A DNA stretch of 64,000 nt from a virus: the IMG/VR virus record IMGVR_UViG_3300045988_078288; one strand, written 5' to 3'. This document shows positions 15,643 through 23,728 of the stretch, piece by piece. The notes under the pieces were generated by a model that was given only the letters and a program-made list of their open reading frames with translations, made no database searches and was not told the origin of the DNA. Made by a program: the position numbers and the translations under genes. The first letter of the stretch is position 1, and every line of letters begins with the position of its first letter.

Positions 15643-15690
15643 TTACTAACTTCTCTCCCCAGTGACAGTGGGGAGAGAATTTAGTAATCA
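15643..15690. repeat. long interrupted inverted repeat / hairpin
   Basis: TCTCTCCCCA (15652-15661) pairs with TGGGGAGAGA (15669-15678) across a 7-nt loop. The stem is extended by TTACTAA/TTAGTAA. No U-tract follows. Confidence 0.5.
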
Positions 15691-15697
15691 TAAGACA

Positions 15698-15871
15698 ATG
15701 AATAAAGAAAAAGCTATCGAGAAAATACAATATGCTGTAATGCAAGTAGCTTCTGTATATGCATGTTCTGCTATCTTTGATGAAAAGACAAAGGTAATAG
15801 AAGGCAGACAGAAAGAACTTGAAAAAGCGATTGTCAATTTGCATGATGCACTTAAAGAGTTGGAGGATTGA
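15698..15871 (+). CDS. hypothetical protein
   Basis: This is track ORF 15662..15871. The start is moved to the ATG at 15698 because the upstream part lies in the hairpin. Confidence 0.45.
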   Translation: MNKEKAIEKIQYAVMQVASVYACSAIFDEKTKVIEGRQKELEKAIVNLHDALKELED

Positions 15872-15873
15872 GT

Positions 15874-16029
15874 ATGACAAAATTTAAAGTTATTAGATAT
15901 TGGGACACGTATCCCGATGGAGTTGTTGCAATTTGTGACACAGAGGAAGAGGCAGAAAAGATATGTAGTAAATATCGTAGAAGCCGCAAGCCTATGTACG
16001 ATTATTTAATCAGAAAGGAAGGTGAATAA
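15874..16029 (+). CDS. 51-aa ORF (below cutoff)
   Basis: MTKFKVIRYWDTYPDGVVAICDTEEEAEKICSKYRRSRKPMYDYLIRKEGE. It fills the gap. Confidence 0.4.
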   Translation: MTKFKVIRYWDTYPDGVVAICDTEEEAEKICSKYRRSRKPMYDYLIRKEGE

Positions 16030-16196
16030 TGACCAGAGAAGAGTTGAGAAATAATTATGGAAATGAAATATGCGAGTTATACTGCCGATGGTATTTTACC
16101 AACAGAGCATTTCCTAAGACACTTTGTGGAGGTCATTGTTGTGAGGATGCAGAAGATAGTTTTGCAGATGAACATAATATAGAACTAAAGGATTAA
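16029..16196 (+). CDS. 55-aa Cys-rich ORF (below cutoff)
   Basis: MTREELRNNYGNEICELYCRWYFTNRAFPKTLCGGHCCEDAEDSFADEHNIELKD. Its ATG overlaps the previous TAA. Confidence 0.4.
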   Translation: MTREELRNNYGNEICELYCRWYFTNRAFPKTLCGGHCCEDAEDSFADEHNIELKD

Positions 16197-16210
16197 TATA
16201 ACATTAGAAA

Positions 16211-16501
16211 ATGAAAACAATTATAGCAAAAATGACCTGCGTCTTTTTAACGGCGCCGTTAATTCCAATAATGCTGATAGGTATTATCCCCTACGCTTTA
16301 TTCAAAGGGATTACAAGCGAACGTGTCTGGGATGAATATTTTGATATTTGGAACTCGTTCACCAATTTCCTAATACATCCATACTATAAATACATGGAAA
16401 GAAAAAATTATATAAAAAAGTTGAAGCAGAAGGTGGATTATTATCGCGAGGAGAATGTTAGACTTAATAACGCATTGGAAAAAATTGAAAAAGAAAAATA
16501 A
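16211..16501 (+). CDS. membrane protein
   Basis: 96 aa with an N-terminal hydrophobic region and a C-terminal coiled coil. Confidence 0.55.
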   Translation: MKTIIAKMTCVFLTAPLIPIMLIGIIPYALFKGITSERVWDEYFDIWNSFTNFLIHPYYKYMERKNYIKKLKQKVDYYREENVRLNNALEKIEKEK

Positions 16502-16503
16502 TT

Positions 16504-16857
16504 ATGAAAAAAGAAGAATTAGACAAGCAAATAGATAGATGGCTAAAGCGACGAGAAACAATCAAGCCTTTTATAGATAGAATGGTAAAGTTAAATGTAA
16601 GGCGCGAGGAATTACTTCAAGATATGAAACAACTTCAAGAGGACTATATTAAAGCCTTACCTTTTAAAGTTGGAGATAAGGTTATAGATGAAGCTGGAAA
16701 CGTAGGCTGGCTTTCAAGAATAGTTCCGCATCATACACCATCAGAAAAGTATATGCGAGCAACATTAGGTTTGACATTCTTCTTCTATATGGAAGAGAAA
16801 GACGGCACTCGTGCCAAGCATGATGTTTATACTTACGGACGACCAACTAAACTATAA
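16504..16857 (+). CDS. hypothetical protein
   Basis: 117 aa. Shares the pattern coiled coil + P...DKV...W.S.I with the next ORF. Confidence 0.6.
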   Translation: MKKEELDKQIDRWLKRRETIKPFIDRMVKLNVRREELLQDMKQLQEDYIKALPFKVGDKVIDEAGNVGWLSRIVPHHTPSEKYMRATLGLTFFFYMEEKDGTRAKHDVYTYGRPTKL

Positions 16858-16863
16858 ATAATT

Positions 16864-17046
16864 ATGACAGAAGAAGATTTTGTAAAGCAGATGCGTGCTC
16901 TCAATAAAAAAGAAATAGAGATTGCACGTCAGAAGTATGAACTAAAAAAGCAATACCTTGAAGAATATCCGATACAAATTAACGACAAGGTAGATTGTAA
17001 CGAAAAAGCCTGTTGGGTTAGCAATATTCGTTTCACTACCTTATAG
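16864..17046 (+). CDS. hypothetical protein (short paralog of 16504..16857)
   Basis: 60 aa. Confidence 0.45.
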   Translation: MTEEDFVKQMRALNKKEIEIARQKYELKKQYLEEYPIQINDKVDCNEKACWVSNIRFTTL

Positions 17047-17155
17047 TAAGGTATTTCTTGGTTAGCTACCCCAAGAAGAATGGCGAACGCTCCAATCGTG
17101 AGCAGTGCGCTTGGGGAGTAACAAAAGTATAATAATACAATTAAAGCAGATAGTT

Positions 17156-17572
17156 ATGACAAGAGAGGAAGCAAAAGAAATGCTGCCTATAATACAGGCA
17201 TTTGCAGAAGGTAAAGCCATTGAGATAAGACACGGAGATGCACCGTGGGTTGAAACAAACCGAATAAAAGAAAGCATTTTTGATGATTACCAATATCGCA
17301 TCAAGCCCGAACCCAAGTACCGCCCATTTAAGGATGTCGAAGAGTGTTGGCAGGAGATGCAGAAACATCAGCCGTTTGGGTGGGTAAAGACAATAGCCAA
17401 CATCCCAGAACTACACAATATATCAGCCATTTTCCCAGCTACAGAATTTCCTGTCCTATTGGGTATTGATTTAGAGGAAGGTGAGGCGAGAGAGTATTCA
17501 CTTAAATTGTCTGAAATGTACGATTTATACACATTCGCCGACGGCGCGCCGTTCGGAGCAAAGGAGGAATAG
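17156..17572 (+). CDS. hypothetical phage protein
   Basis: Track ORF with the start moved to the ATG at 17156 (MTREEAKEMLPIIQAFAEGK...). Confidence 0.6.
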   Translation: MTREEAKEMLPIIQAFAEGKAIEIRHGDAPWVETNRIKESIFDDYQYRIKPEPKYRPFKDVEECWQEMQKHQPFGWVKTIANIPELHNISAIFPATEFPVLLGIDLEEGEAREYSLKLSEMYDLYTFADGAPFGAKEE

Positions 17573-17578
17573 CAATCT

Positions 17579-17755
17579 ATGTATGAAAAAATCGGAAAAT
17601 TCGCCGCAACCATGACTTTATCATTATGGACGGTGGTATTACTACGTTTGATAGGATTCGAATTTTCAAAAATGACATTTTGGGTATTCCTTGCAATTTC
17701 ATCAATCGGCACTAACTGGATAGTCGATAAGTTAAACAGTATAAACAAGAAATAG
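17579..17755 (+). CDS. 58-aa membrane protein (below cutoff)
   Basis: MYEKIGKFAATMTLSLWTVVLLRLIGFEFSKMTFWVFLAISSIGTNWIVDKLNSINKK. Preferred over the antisense track ORF 17368..17748. Confidence 0.4.
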   Translation: MYEKIGKFAATMTLSLWTVVLLRLIGFEFSKMTFWVFLAISSIGTNWIVDKLNSINKK

Positions 17756-17757
17756 TT

Positions 17758-18123
17758 ATGAGAATAATCAAATTCAAAGGCAAGCGTCTCGACAATGGCG
17801 AGTGGATATATGGCGACTTACTCCATCTCGTAGATGGTGTGTACATAAGCAACGATAACGGAAATAACATGGCGCAGGTAGACCCCGATACGGTAGGTCA
17901 GTACACAGGACTGAAAGATATGAACGGCAAGGAGATATATGAGGGTGATGTTATCCCTATCGGACCAGATTATAGTGTTGTGATATGGGTGGAAGATTTA
18001 GGAGGCTTCTACCTGAAAGCGGATTATGCAAAATTACCTTATACCAGTCCTTTAGGTGCAATGTTGTGCCGTTACGACATCGAGGTTATTGGCAATATTA
18101 ACGACGACCAGAAAGGAGGCTAA
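17758..18123 (+). CDS. YopX-family protein
   Basis: 121 aa. Pattern: KFKGKRLDNGEWIYGDLL...VGQYTGLKDMNGKEIYEGDVI...IEVIGNINDD. Confidence 0.75.
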   Translation: MRIIKFKGKRLDNGEWIYGDLLHLVDGVYISNDNGNNMAQVDPDTVGQYTGLKDMNGKEIYEGDVIPIGPDYSVVIWVEDLGGFYLKADYAKLPYTSPLGAMLCRYDIEVIGNINDDQKGG

Positions 18124-18124
18124 T

Positions 18125-18307
18125 ATGCAGGAAACGAAAATAACATTTAAGGTTCAAGTGACGTACGATGAGAGTCGTGTCATAATCACAGAACTGGCAA
18201 TGACGCAGCCTATAAGTTTCGGTGTTGCCGCAGGTATCTTTAGAAGCCTTGCAGACTTTCAGGAAGAATGGAATGAGGAACATGACATAGAATTCAAAGA
18301 GCTATGA
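18125..18307 (+). CDS. hypothetical protein
   Basis: 60 aa from the ATG at 18125 (MQETKITFKV...), directly after the YopX stop. Confidence 0.45.
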   Translation: MQETKITFKVQVTYDESRVIITELAMTQPISFGVAAGIFRSLADFQEEWNEEHDIEFKEL

Positions 18308-18438
18308 CACAAGAAGAAGAGAATCAGCACATAAAGAAACTGAAAGACGCAGGGTTTGACTGCAGCACCAGCAGGTCAATAGACGAAATCATACAGCTCT
18401 TGAAGCTATCTTCAGGAGGACTGGAACAAGGAACATAA
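18304..18438 (+). CDS. 44-aa ORF (below cutoff)
   Basis: MTQEEENQHIKKLKDAGFDCSTSRSIDEIIQLLKLSSGGLEQGT. ATGA overlap with the previous ORF. Confidence 0.35.
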   Translation: MTQEEENQHIKKLKDAGFDCSTSRSIDEIIQLLKLSSGGLEQGT

Positions 18439-18450
18439 ACAAAAAGGAAT

Positions 18451-18735
18451 ATGCCAAAATACAAATGGATAGTAGTAGCTTTACTTTTGGTTGCGCTTAC
18501 TATAATAGTAATTCTTTTAAACACCGCTTATGGTGTTATATTAGCTTTAAGCGAATTAATAGCGTTCGGATTATTATATAAAATTGATACAACAATGAAA
18601 CAGGCAGATTATATCAGACTGACGGCACAGATTGCCGTGCTGAAAGAAATTGCCGTTGATTACAGCGGCAAGACGATAGACAACATCATACAACAGTTGG
18701 AAGCAATTAAGAAGGAGGTGACGGATGAAGATTAG
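18451..18735 (+). CDS. membrane protein
   Basis: 94 aa with two N-terminal TM helices. Confidence 0.55.
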   Translation: MPKYKWIVVALLLVALTIIVILLNTAYGVILALSELIAFGLLYKIDTTMKQADYIRLTAQIAVLKEIAVDYSGKTIDNIIQQLEAIKKEVTDED

Positions 18736-18976
18736 AAAAACAAAGAAGCGTTACAAAACCATGTTTCGGACGCAGTATTGCTGCACTAAAGTAAAGTTTA
18801 AAAAGGTAAGCACATCAATCGAAACAGAACCACGCCAATACCCTAAAATGTGCGGCGTGTTTATTACGTACGAGGTGCGTACGTGGTATCGTAAAAGAGA
18901 ACTAACAACTCGATACGTGCGCATAAGAATTGCGCAGTTAAAAGTAAAACATCACTCAAAATCAAATAACAATTAA
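18725..18976 (+). CDS. very basic small protein
   Basis: 83 aa, Lys/Arg-rich, immediately upstream of the radical SAM gene. Confidence 0.45.
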   Translation: MKIRKTKKRYKTMFRTQYCCTKVKFKKVSTSIETEPRQYPKMCGVFITYEVRTWYRKRELTTRYVRIRIAQLKVKHHSKSNNN

Positions 18977-18978
18977 CA

Positions 18979-19989
18979 ATGGAAATACTCAAAGAAATCA
19001 AAGTTCCTACAGGTGAAATCTACACCGCAAAAGGAGATAAAGGCGTGTTGGAGTTTCTGACAGTAGCCGACTATGGCAAAGACGCAAATATCAAAGCCGA
19101 CTTCCTCGGCATAACAAGAGAGCTGAATGGTGTGCCGAACGGAACGCCGATGCCCTTAACCGAAAAATGGGTGATAACAATTTCTACACAGTACGGCTGT
19201 TCAATGAACTGCAAGTTCTGCGACGTGCCGAAAGTCGGACCGGGACGCAACGTAACTCTGAACGACCTGCGTAACGAGATAACAACGGCGTTAAGTATGC
19301 ACCCAGAGGTTAACCATACCAAGCGTCTTAACGTACACTATGCGCGCATGGGCGAGCCGACATGGAACGAGGCTGTAATCGAACACGCACGTTTCTTCTT
19401 GCGTGATGATATTATTCCTTACATCGGAAATTCGCTTGTGCATCCTGTAGTAAGCACGATGCTTCCGAAGCATAATCGAGGCTTAAAAGACTTCATTCGT
19501 GAATGGGTTAGGGTAAAGAATCTCGACTACAACGGAAACGCAGGCTTGCAGTTCTCCATAAACTCTACCGACGACGCACAGCGAGAATACCTATTCTCGG
19601 GAAACGCCTTACCATTGAGAGATATTGCAGAACTTGCTGACACCCTCGTATCTCCGTGGGGTCGCAAGTACGCTCTTAACTTCGCGCTTGCCGACGACTC
19701 TATCATTGACGGCAAGGTGCTTGCTTCGATGTTTGACCCACGCAAGTTCATGTGTAAGATTACACCACTTCACAGAACAAACAGCTGCGAAGCCAACCAT
19801 ATTCAGACAAGCGGAGGTTACGACTCGTTTGTGCCGTACAAGAAAGTGGAAGAAGATTTGAAGGCAAACGGATTTGATGTAATCATATTCGTTCCGTCGT
19901 ATGACGAGGACAACGGGCTGATTACTTGTGGCAATGCAATCCTGTCCGGCAAGAAGCCGACATCAAGCTACAAGGAGGTAATATTTTAA
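18979..19989 (+). CDS. radical SAM enzyme, RlmN/Cfr-like RNA methyltransferase family
   Basis: 336 aa. ISTQYGCSMNCKFCDV contains the CxxxCxxC cluster in the RlmN context SSQVGC...C.FC. Also YARMGEPTWN (compare MGMGEPL.N) and a C-terminal DNGLITCGNAI (compare DIDAACGQL). Confidence 0.7.
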   Translation: MEILKEIKVPTGEIYTAKGDKGVLEFLTVADYGKDANIKADFLGITRELNGVPNGTPMPLTEKWVITISTQYGCSMNCKFCDVPKVGPGRNVTLNDLRNEITTALSMHPEVNHTKRLNVHYARMGEPTWNEAVIEHARFFLRDDIIPYIGNSLVHPVVSTMLPKHNRGLKDFIREWVRVKNLDYNGNAGLQFSINSTDDAQREYLFSGNALPLRDIAELADTLVSPWGRKYALNFALADDSIIDGKVLASMFDPRKFMCKITPLHRTNSCEANHIQTSGGYDSFVPYKKVEEDLKANGFDVIIFVPSYDEDNGLITCGNAILSGKKPTSSYKEVIF

Positions 19990-20003
19990 TCTGATAAACA
20001 AAA

Positions 20004-20339
20004 ATGAGCAAAAAGAAAATTTACATATCATCACCGATTACCGGCTACAACCTCAACGAGCGACACAAGTTCTTCGCTCGGATTGAAACAGAACTGACAA
20101 TTCTCGGCTACAAGGCAGTCAATCCCATGAGTAAACCTTTATCCGACTCTGCGCCGTACACGGAGCACATGAAAGAGGACTTACGCCTGCTCCTCGGCTG
20201 CGACGGCATTGTTGTACCGAACCGATGGCGGTGCTCGAAAGGCTGTGAAATGGAACGCCGTGTGGCTGACGCTTGCGGAATACCGGTTGTCGGCGTGATA
20301 GGCGAGACGCACGATTTGCAAATCTTAAACGCGATATAA
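20004..20339 (+). CDS. DUF4406 / nucleoside 2-deoxyribosyltransferase-like protein
   Basis: 111 aa. KIYISSPITGYNLNERHKFFARIETELTILGYKAVNP fits the DUF4406 N-terminus. Confidence 0.6.
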   Translation: MSKKKIYISSPITGYNLNERHKFFARIETELTILGYKAVNPMSKPLSDSAPYTEHMKEDLRLLLGCDGIVVPNRWRCSKGCEMERRVADACGIPVVGVIGETHDLQILNAI

Positions 20340-20341
20340 GC

Positions 20342-20731
20342 ATGAGTGCAAGTCAGTTAATGAGCCGAACCCCCAAAAGGGCGTATATTATCGCGCCAAG
20401 TGTAAAGCAGAAAGAGGAAATACTAAAGAGCATTGACCGCTATTGTTCGCTGTATTACATCACAATGGGTTCTGCATACAACATTGCCCAAACAGCGATG
20501 ATAGACGCTTACAACGCAATTAAAGATGACAAAAAGCTATACCGTCAGCAGACAAAGCAAAGCATTAACAAGGCTCTTGCTGCATACAACACATGGGATG
20601 CGAAGATGCGCTTTGTCCTCGCCGACCGCTATCAGCTTTGGCTTGACCTATCCGATGCGTCGGATAGCGGAACTGAAACCGCTCGTTACAACGCTCTATT
20701 ACAGCATCGACAACTACTTCTTGAAGAATAA
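20342..20731 (+). CDS. hypothetical protein (possibly the 5' part of a split gene)
   Basis: 129 aa from the ATG at 20342. Confidence 0.5.
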   Translation: MSASQLMSRTPKRAYIIAPSVKQKEEILKSIDRYCSLYYITMGSAYNIAQTAMIDAYNAIKDDKKLYRQQTKQSINKALAAYNTWDAKMRFVLADRYQLWLDLSDASDSGTETARYNALLQHRQLLLEE

Positions 20732-20759
20732 GGTGCCGAAAAGCAAGATAATCGCCCGT

Positions 20760-21089
20760 ATGGAGACGGCAATGGTGCTGATAGATGTTGCTGTAAACCT
20801 ATTTAAGAACTTGTTTGATAACATCCAAAAGAAAATCGGCAAGGACTTGCGACCGATGTTCAGTGATGGTAACGCACTGGAGTTGCAACAAAATTGGAAT
20901 AATGCCATGCAATCCGTCATAAACTCGGTACCAGGAATGCCCGACATTAACATCAACGATGATGCGGACAGCGTTCAGGCAGCAAAGAATATCGTAATGA
21001 AGATCTCGAACGAGAACATCTACGACCGCGCAGGAGAGTATGCGTTGCAGGTGAACCCCGAATATAAACCAGAGGATTACGGAGAATAG
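20760..21089 (+). CDS. hypothetical protein (possibly the 3' part of a split gene)
   Basis: The frame stays open back to 20526. In-frame ATGs occur at 20655 and 20760. Protein-like sequence begins around 20660. Confidence 0.45.
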   Translation: METAMVLIDVAVNLFKNLFDNIQKKIGKDLRPMFSDGNALELQQNWNNAMQSVINSVPGMPDININDDADSVQAAKNIVMKISNENIYDRAGEYALQVNPEYKPEDYGE

Positions 21090-21100
21090 GTTAATACCAA

Positions 21101-21150
21101 CCGCGCACGGACAGCAGGAGTAAAATCTTGCTGTCCGTGCGCGGTTTTTT
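21101..21150. terminator. strong bidirectional rho-independent terminator
   Basis: A 16-bp perfect stem, CCGCGCACGGACAGCA (21101-21116) with TGCTGTCCGTGCGCGG (21129-21144), then TTTTTT. It lies between convergent gene arrays. Confidence 0.8.
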
Positions 21151-21151
21151 G

Positions 21152-21559
21152 TTATTTGTCTTGCAACGTAAATGCCCGACCATACAGCAGCATCGTAAGA
21201 ATAATCAGCGTGTAGTCCGCAATCTTTGTTGCTTCGGAAATACACAGCGTGCCGTGCCCAAGCCTTATCAGAATAACTCCTGCAAGATACAGGAACGGTA
21301 TTCGCCACACCCAACCGAATTTGAAAAGAAAACTTGCCGGCAGTAAAACGGCTGGCAGTACGACATAAGCAAGTACATATACTGACGCAACCAAAACGGC
21401 GTTCTCGTTCAGATCTAAACCCATTGACGCAGTGTTATGGTGAAACCAATACACGCCGAACCAGTGTAAAACCATAAGGAGTATAGGTATCACTCTTATG
21501 CCGATTCTGTAAAACCAAAACAGCTTTTCGGCAAGCGTATTTGTCTGTATTGTTTTCAT
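21152..21559 (-). CDS. polytopic membrane protein, paralog of 26157..26663
   Basis: 135 aa. LPAVLLPASFLFKFGWVWRIPFLYLAGV aligns with LPMVIILASRFFWLCWKYRIPFFYYFGV in the paralog. Confidence 0.65.
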   Translation of the reverse strand: MKTIQTNTLAEKLFWFYRIGIRVIPILLMVLHWFGVYWFHHNTASMGLDLNENAVLVASVYVLAYVVLPAVLLPASFLFKFGWVWRIPFLYLAGVILIRLGHGTLCISEATKIADYTLIILTMLLYGRAFTLQDK

Positions 21560-21569
21560 ATCGCTAAAT

Positions 21570-21950
21570 TTATGTTAGTTTCTTGAATATCCGTTCACAT
21601 AGTTCTCCCATGATATAGCAAGCCTGCTCACCGCTCATATCAATATCGTACGCCTCACAGATGTGCGCCGTAACGTGCAGCAGTTCGTGACCGATTGTAT
21701 TCACCATCTCGCTTTCTTCTTCTGAGTGTCCGATAGTAACCACGCTCACCTTGTCCTTAACGTTGGAGTAGGTGAGTCCTCTGCTTTCGCCACCGCCTAT
21801 GAAGTGACGGTAGGCTTTGCTTGTCGCTTCGCTGCCACACCCAATAGTCATAAGCTCGTTACAGAGATGCACCGCGTCGCCGCTGTCATATCCAATGAAG
21901 CAACGCACATCCCAGTCGTACTTGTCGAGCCTTATATCACGCCTAATCAT
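21570..21950 (-). CDS. small HExxH (putative zinc metallopeptidase-like) protein
   Basis: Start set at 21950, where the ATG overlaps the upstream TGA (ATGA). Motif TIGHELLHV. Confidence 0.6.
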   Translation of the reverse strand: MIRRDIRLDKYDWDVRCFIGYDSGDAVHLCNELMTIGCGSEATSKAYRHFIGGGESRGLTYSNVKDKVSVVTIGHSEEESEMVNTIGHELLHVTAHICEAYDIDMSGEQACYIMGELCERIFKKLT

Positions 21951-22375
21951 AACAAGTCCTCCCAAGGTATAGGCATACCGTTGTGGCAGCAGTCGGCATA
22001 GAAGCGGTTGAAGATGAAGCCGTCCTTCTGGTCTGTATCATCAACCATATCTTTTACATACTGCGCCATTTGTTGCTCGTCCTTTATTGACTTGCCCCAG
22101 AAGTCTGCCTTGCACATATTGGCTACATATACATGGTCGTAGCCGACGAGGTTTTCAAGCTGCAAGCCATTCGTTTGCAACATCTCTTCGACCTTTTCTT
22201 TCGATAGCATCTCCAAACGTTCTTCCTTGCCTGTAGTTGGACTAATCATTCGCATTTGCTTGACAGCCCATTCACACATCTTCTTGTTGAAGTGATAGCC
22301 GTTGTATCTTAGATATGCTATCATTCCTTCGGGCTTCAAGTCGTACATATCCAAAGGCATCTTACATCTTCCCAT
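21947..22375 (-). CDS. hypothetical protein
   Basis: 142-aa ORF. Confidence 0.65.
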   Translation of the reverse strand: MGRCKMPLDMYDLKPEGMIAYLRYNGYHFNKKMCEWAVKQMRMISPTTGKEERLEMLSKEKVEEMLQTNGLQLENLVGYDHVYVANMCKADFWGKSIKDEQQMAQYVKDMVDDTDQKDGFIFNRFYADCCHNGMPIPWEDLL

Positions 22376-22436
22376 AATATTTAGGTTTTAAGGGACTGGC
22401 AGGGAAGCGAACCTCCCCACCAGTCGGGTTAATTAC

Positions 22437-22703
22437 TTAGTAGCGTCTGCGACCGCGATAACCGCCGCGTCGTTCTCCGTAGCGACCGTCATCGTCATCA
22501 TCGTACATATCGCGCTCACGGCGTTCGTTCTCGTATCGCCAATCATCGCGATAATCGGGCATAGGTGAACGCTCACCGTATCGACCTTCGCCACGCTGCA
22601 AGCTGTCAAGACACGCCATTGCCTTGCCGCCATAGCGCAAGCATTTCTCTACGTTCTCAACAAGCTCACCCATCTTGTTCTCTGTGATTTCAATCATATA
22701 CAT
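22437..22703 (-). CDS. small protein with Arg/Gly/Tyr- and Asp-rich disordered tail
   Basis: 88 aa. GRYGER occurs twice, there is a DDDDD run, and the protein ends RGGYRGRRRY. Confidence 0.55.
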   Translation of the reverse strand: MYMIEITENKMGELVENVEKCLRYGGKAMACLDSLQRGEGRYGERSPMPDYRDDWRYENERRERDMYDDDDDGRYGERRGGYRGRRRY

Positions 22704-22715
22704 AGCTCAAGCATT

Positions 22716-23234
22716 TTAGTTATTGCTGTTTGACTTTTTCAGTGCCTTTTGCAACATGCTTTCTATGTTTGACAAAGTACCCTCCATGCCGCAGACCTTG
22801 GTTTCGAGCTGAGATATTTTCTGCTCCTGCTCCTTGTCTTTGGCAATCTGAGGATTGAGAACACACATTATCTTCTCGCAGTTGCACACCACCTTTTCGT
22901 GATAGTCCTTGCTTGCAAGCACCTCTTGCGAGTGTCGTAACATCGCTTCCACTTCGGCAATCATCGCTTCGCGACTTTCGCTTACTACCACGTCGCCAGA
23001 GTTGGCAATCTGTCCGTTTGAAGGCAGTTGCTTGAACTCTGCTTCGCCGTCGGGCAACTTTACTTTCACATCTACAACCGTTTCAATAGGCTGCGCTGAA
23101 AACTGCCCTGGTTGATAGGTAGGGAACTTCGGCTGCGGATTACTTACGCTTACCACCTGTCCGATTTTCAATGTCGGCTCTTCACCTTTCTCAAGCACAT
23201 AGAATATGCTGTTTGTTCTTAGTCCACTGAACAT
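22716..23234 (-). CDS. hypothetical protein
   Basis: 172 aa with a C-terminal coiled coil. Confidence 0.65.
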   Translation of the reverse strand: MFSGLRTNSIFYVLEKGEEPTLKIGQVVSVSNPQPKFPTYQPGQFSAQPIETVVDVKVKLPDGEAEFKQLPSNGQIANSGDVVVSESREAMIAEVEAMLRHSQEVLASKDYHEKVVCNCEKIMCVLNPQIAKDKEQEQKISQLETKVCGMEGTLSNIESMLQKALKKSNSNN

Positions 23235-23253
23235 ACAATTCGCAATTTAGTTG

Positions 23254-23604
23254 TTAAACAATACCCGTCATTAGCTGAAGGGTGTTAGTATCTCTCTCGA
23301 ACCAGAGCTGATATACGCCAGTTCCGGCTACGTCGGCAACCGTAAGAGCTGCACCTCCGAACTTGGTGACAGCCTGCGTTACGCCGTTGGTCTCAAAGAG
23401 TATCGGCAGCGTGGTCGTTGTGCCCGTCGGTATCGCCTGTCGCAGATTTACGAATACCGTACCTCTGTAATTGGCGTTCAAGAAGGCGTGGTTCCTGAAT
23501 GAGAATACCACACCGTTTGCGCCTACCGACACACCGGTAGAACCGATAGCTGCCGACCCTCTTCTGTTGACCCAATTGAAAGGGTTATTCCAAATTAATG
23601 TCAT
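23254..23604 (-). CDS. hypothetical beta-rich protein
   Basis: 116 aa, Gly/Thr/Val/Asn-rich. Confidence 0.6.
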   Translation of the reverse strand: MTLIWNNPFNWVNRRGSAAIGSTGVSVGANGVVFSFRNHAFLNANYRGTVFVNLRQAIPTGTTTTLPILFETNGVTQAVTKFGGAALTVADVAGTGVYQLWFERDTNTLQLMTGIV

Positions 23605-23728
23605 AATAATTTCTTTATTTGAAAATTAATTATTAACTTTATATCGGGATAGATGAGAGTAATTAACTCATTGATAAGAGGTATGTCAACGCCTCTTCCC
23701 ATTTTTCAAGTTGACACGTTTTGAATAG

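Noticed and set aside
17368-17748. 126-aa minus-strand ORF.
   Set aside because: It is the only minus-strand candidate in a long plus-strand array, and it overlaps the 3' end of 17156..17572. A plus-strand 58-aa membrane ORF (17579..17755) fills the gap exactly.
20526-20654. Upstream part of the track ORF 20526..21089 as coding sequence.
   Set aside because: The translation here (MTKSYTVSRQSKALTRLLLHTTHGMRRCALSSPTAISFGL) looks like an off-frame reading of the 20342..20731 gene. Only the part from about 20655 onward looks protein-like.
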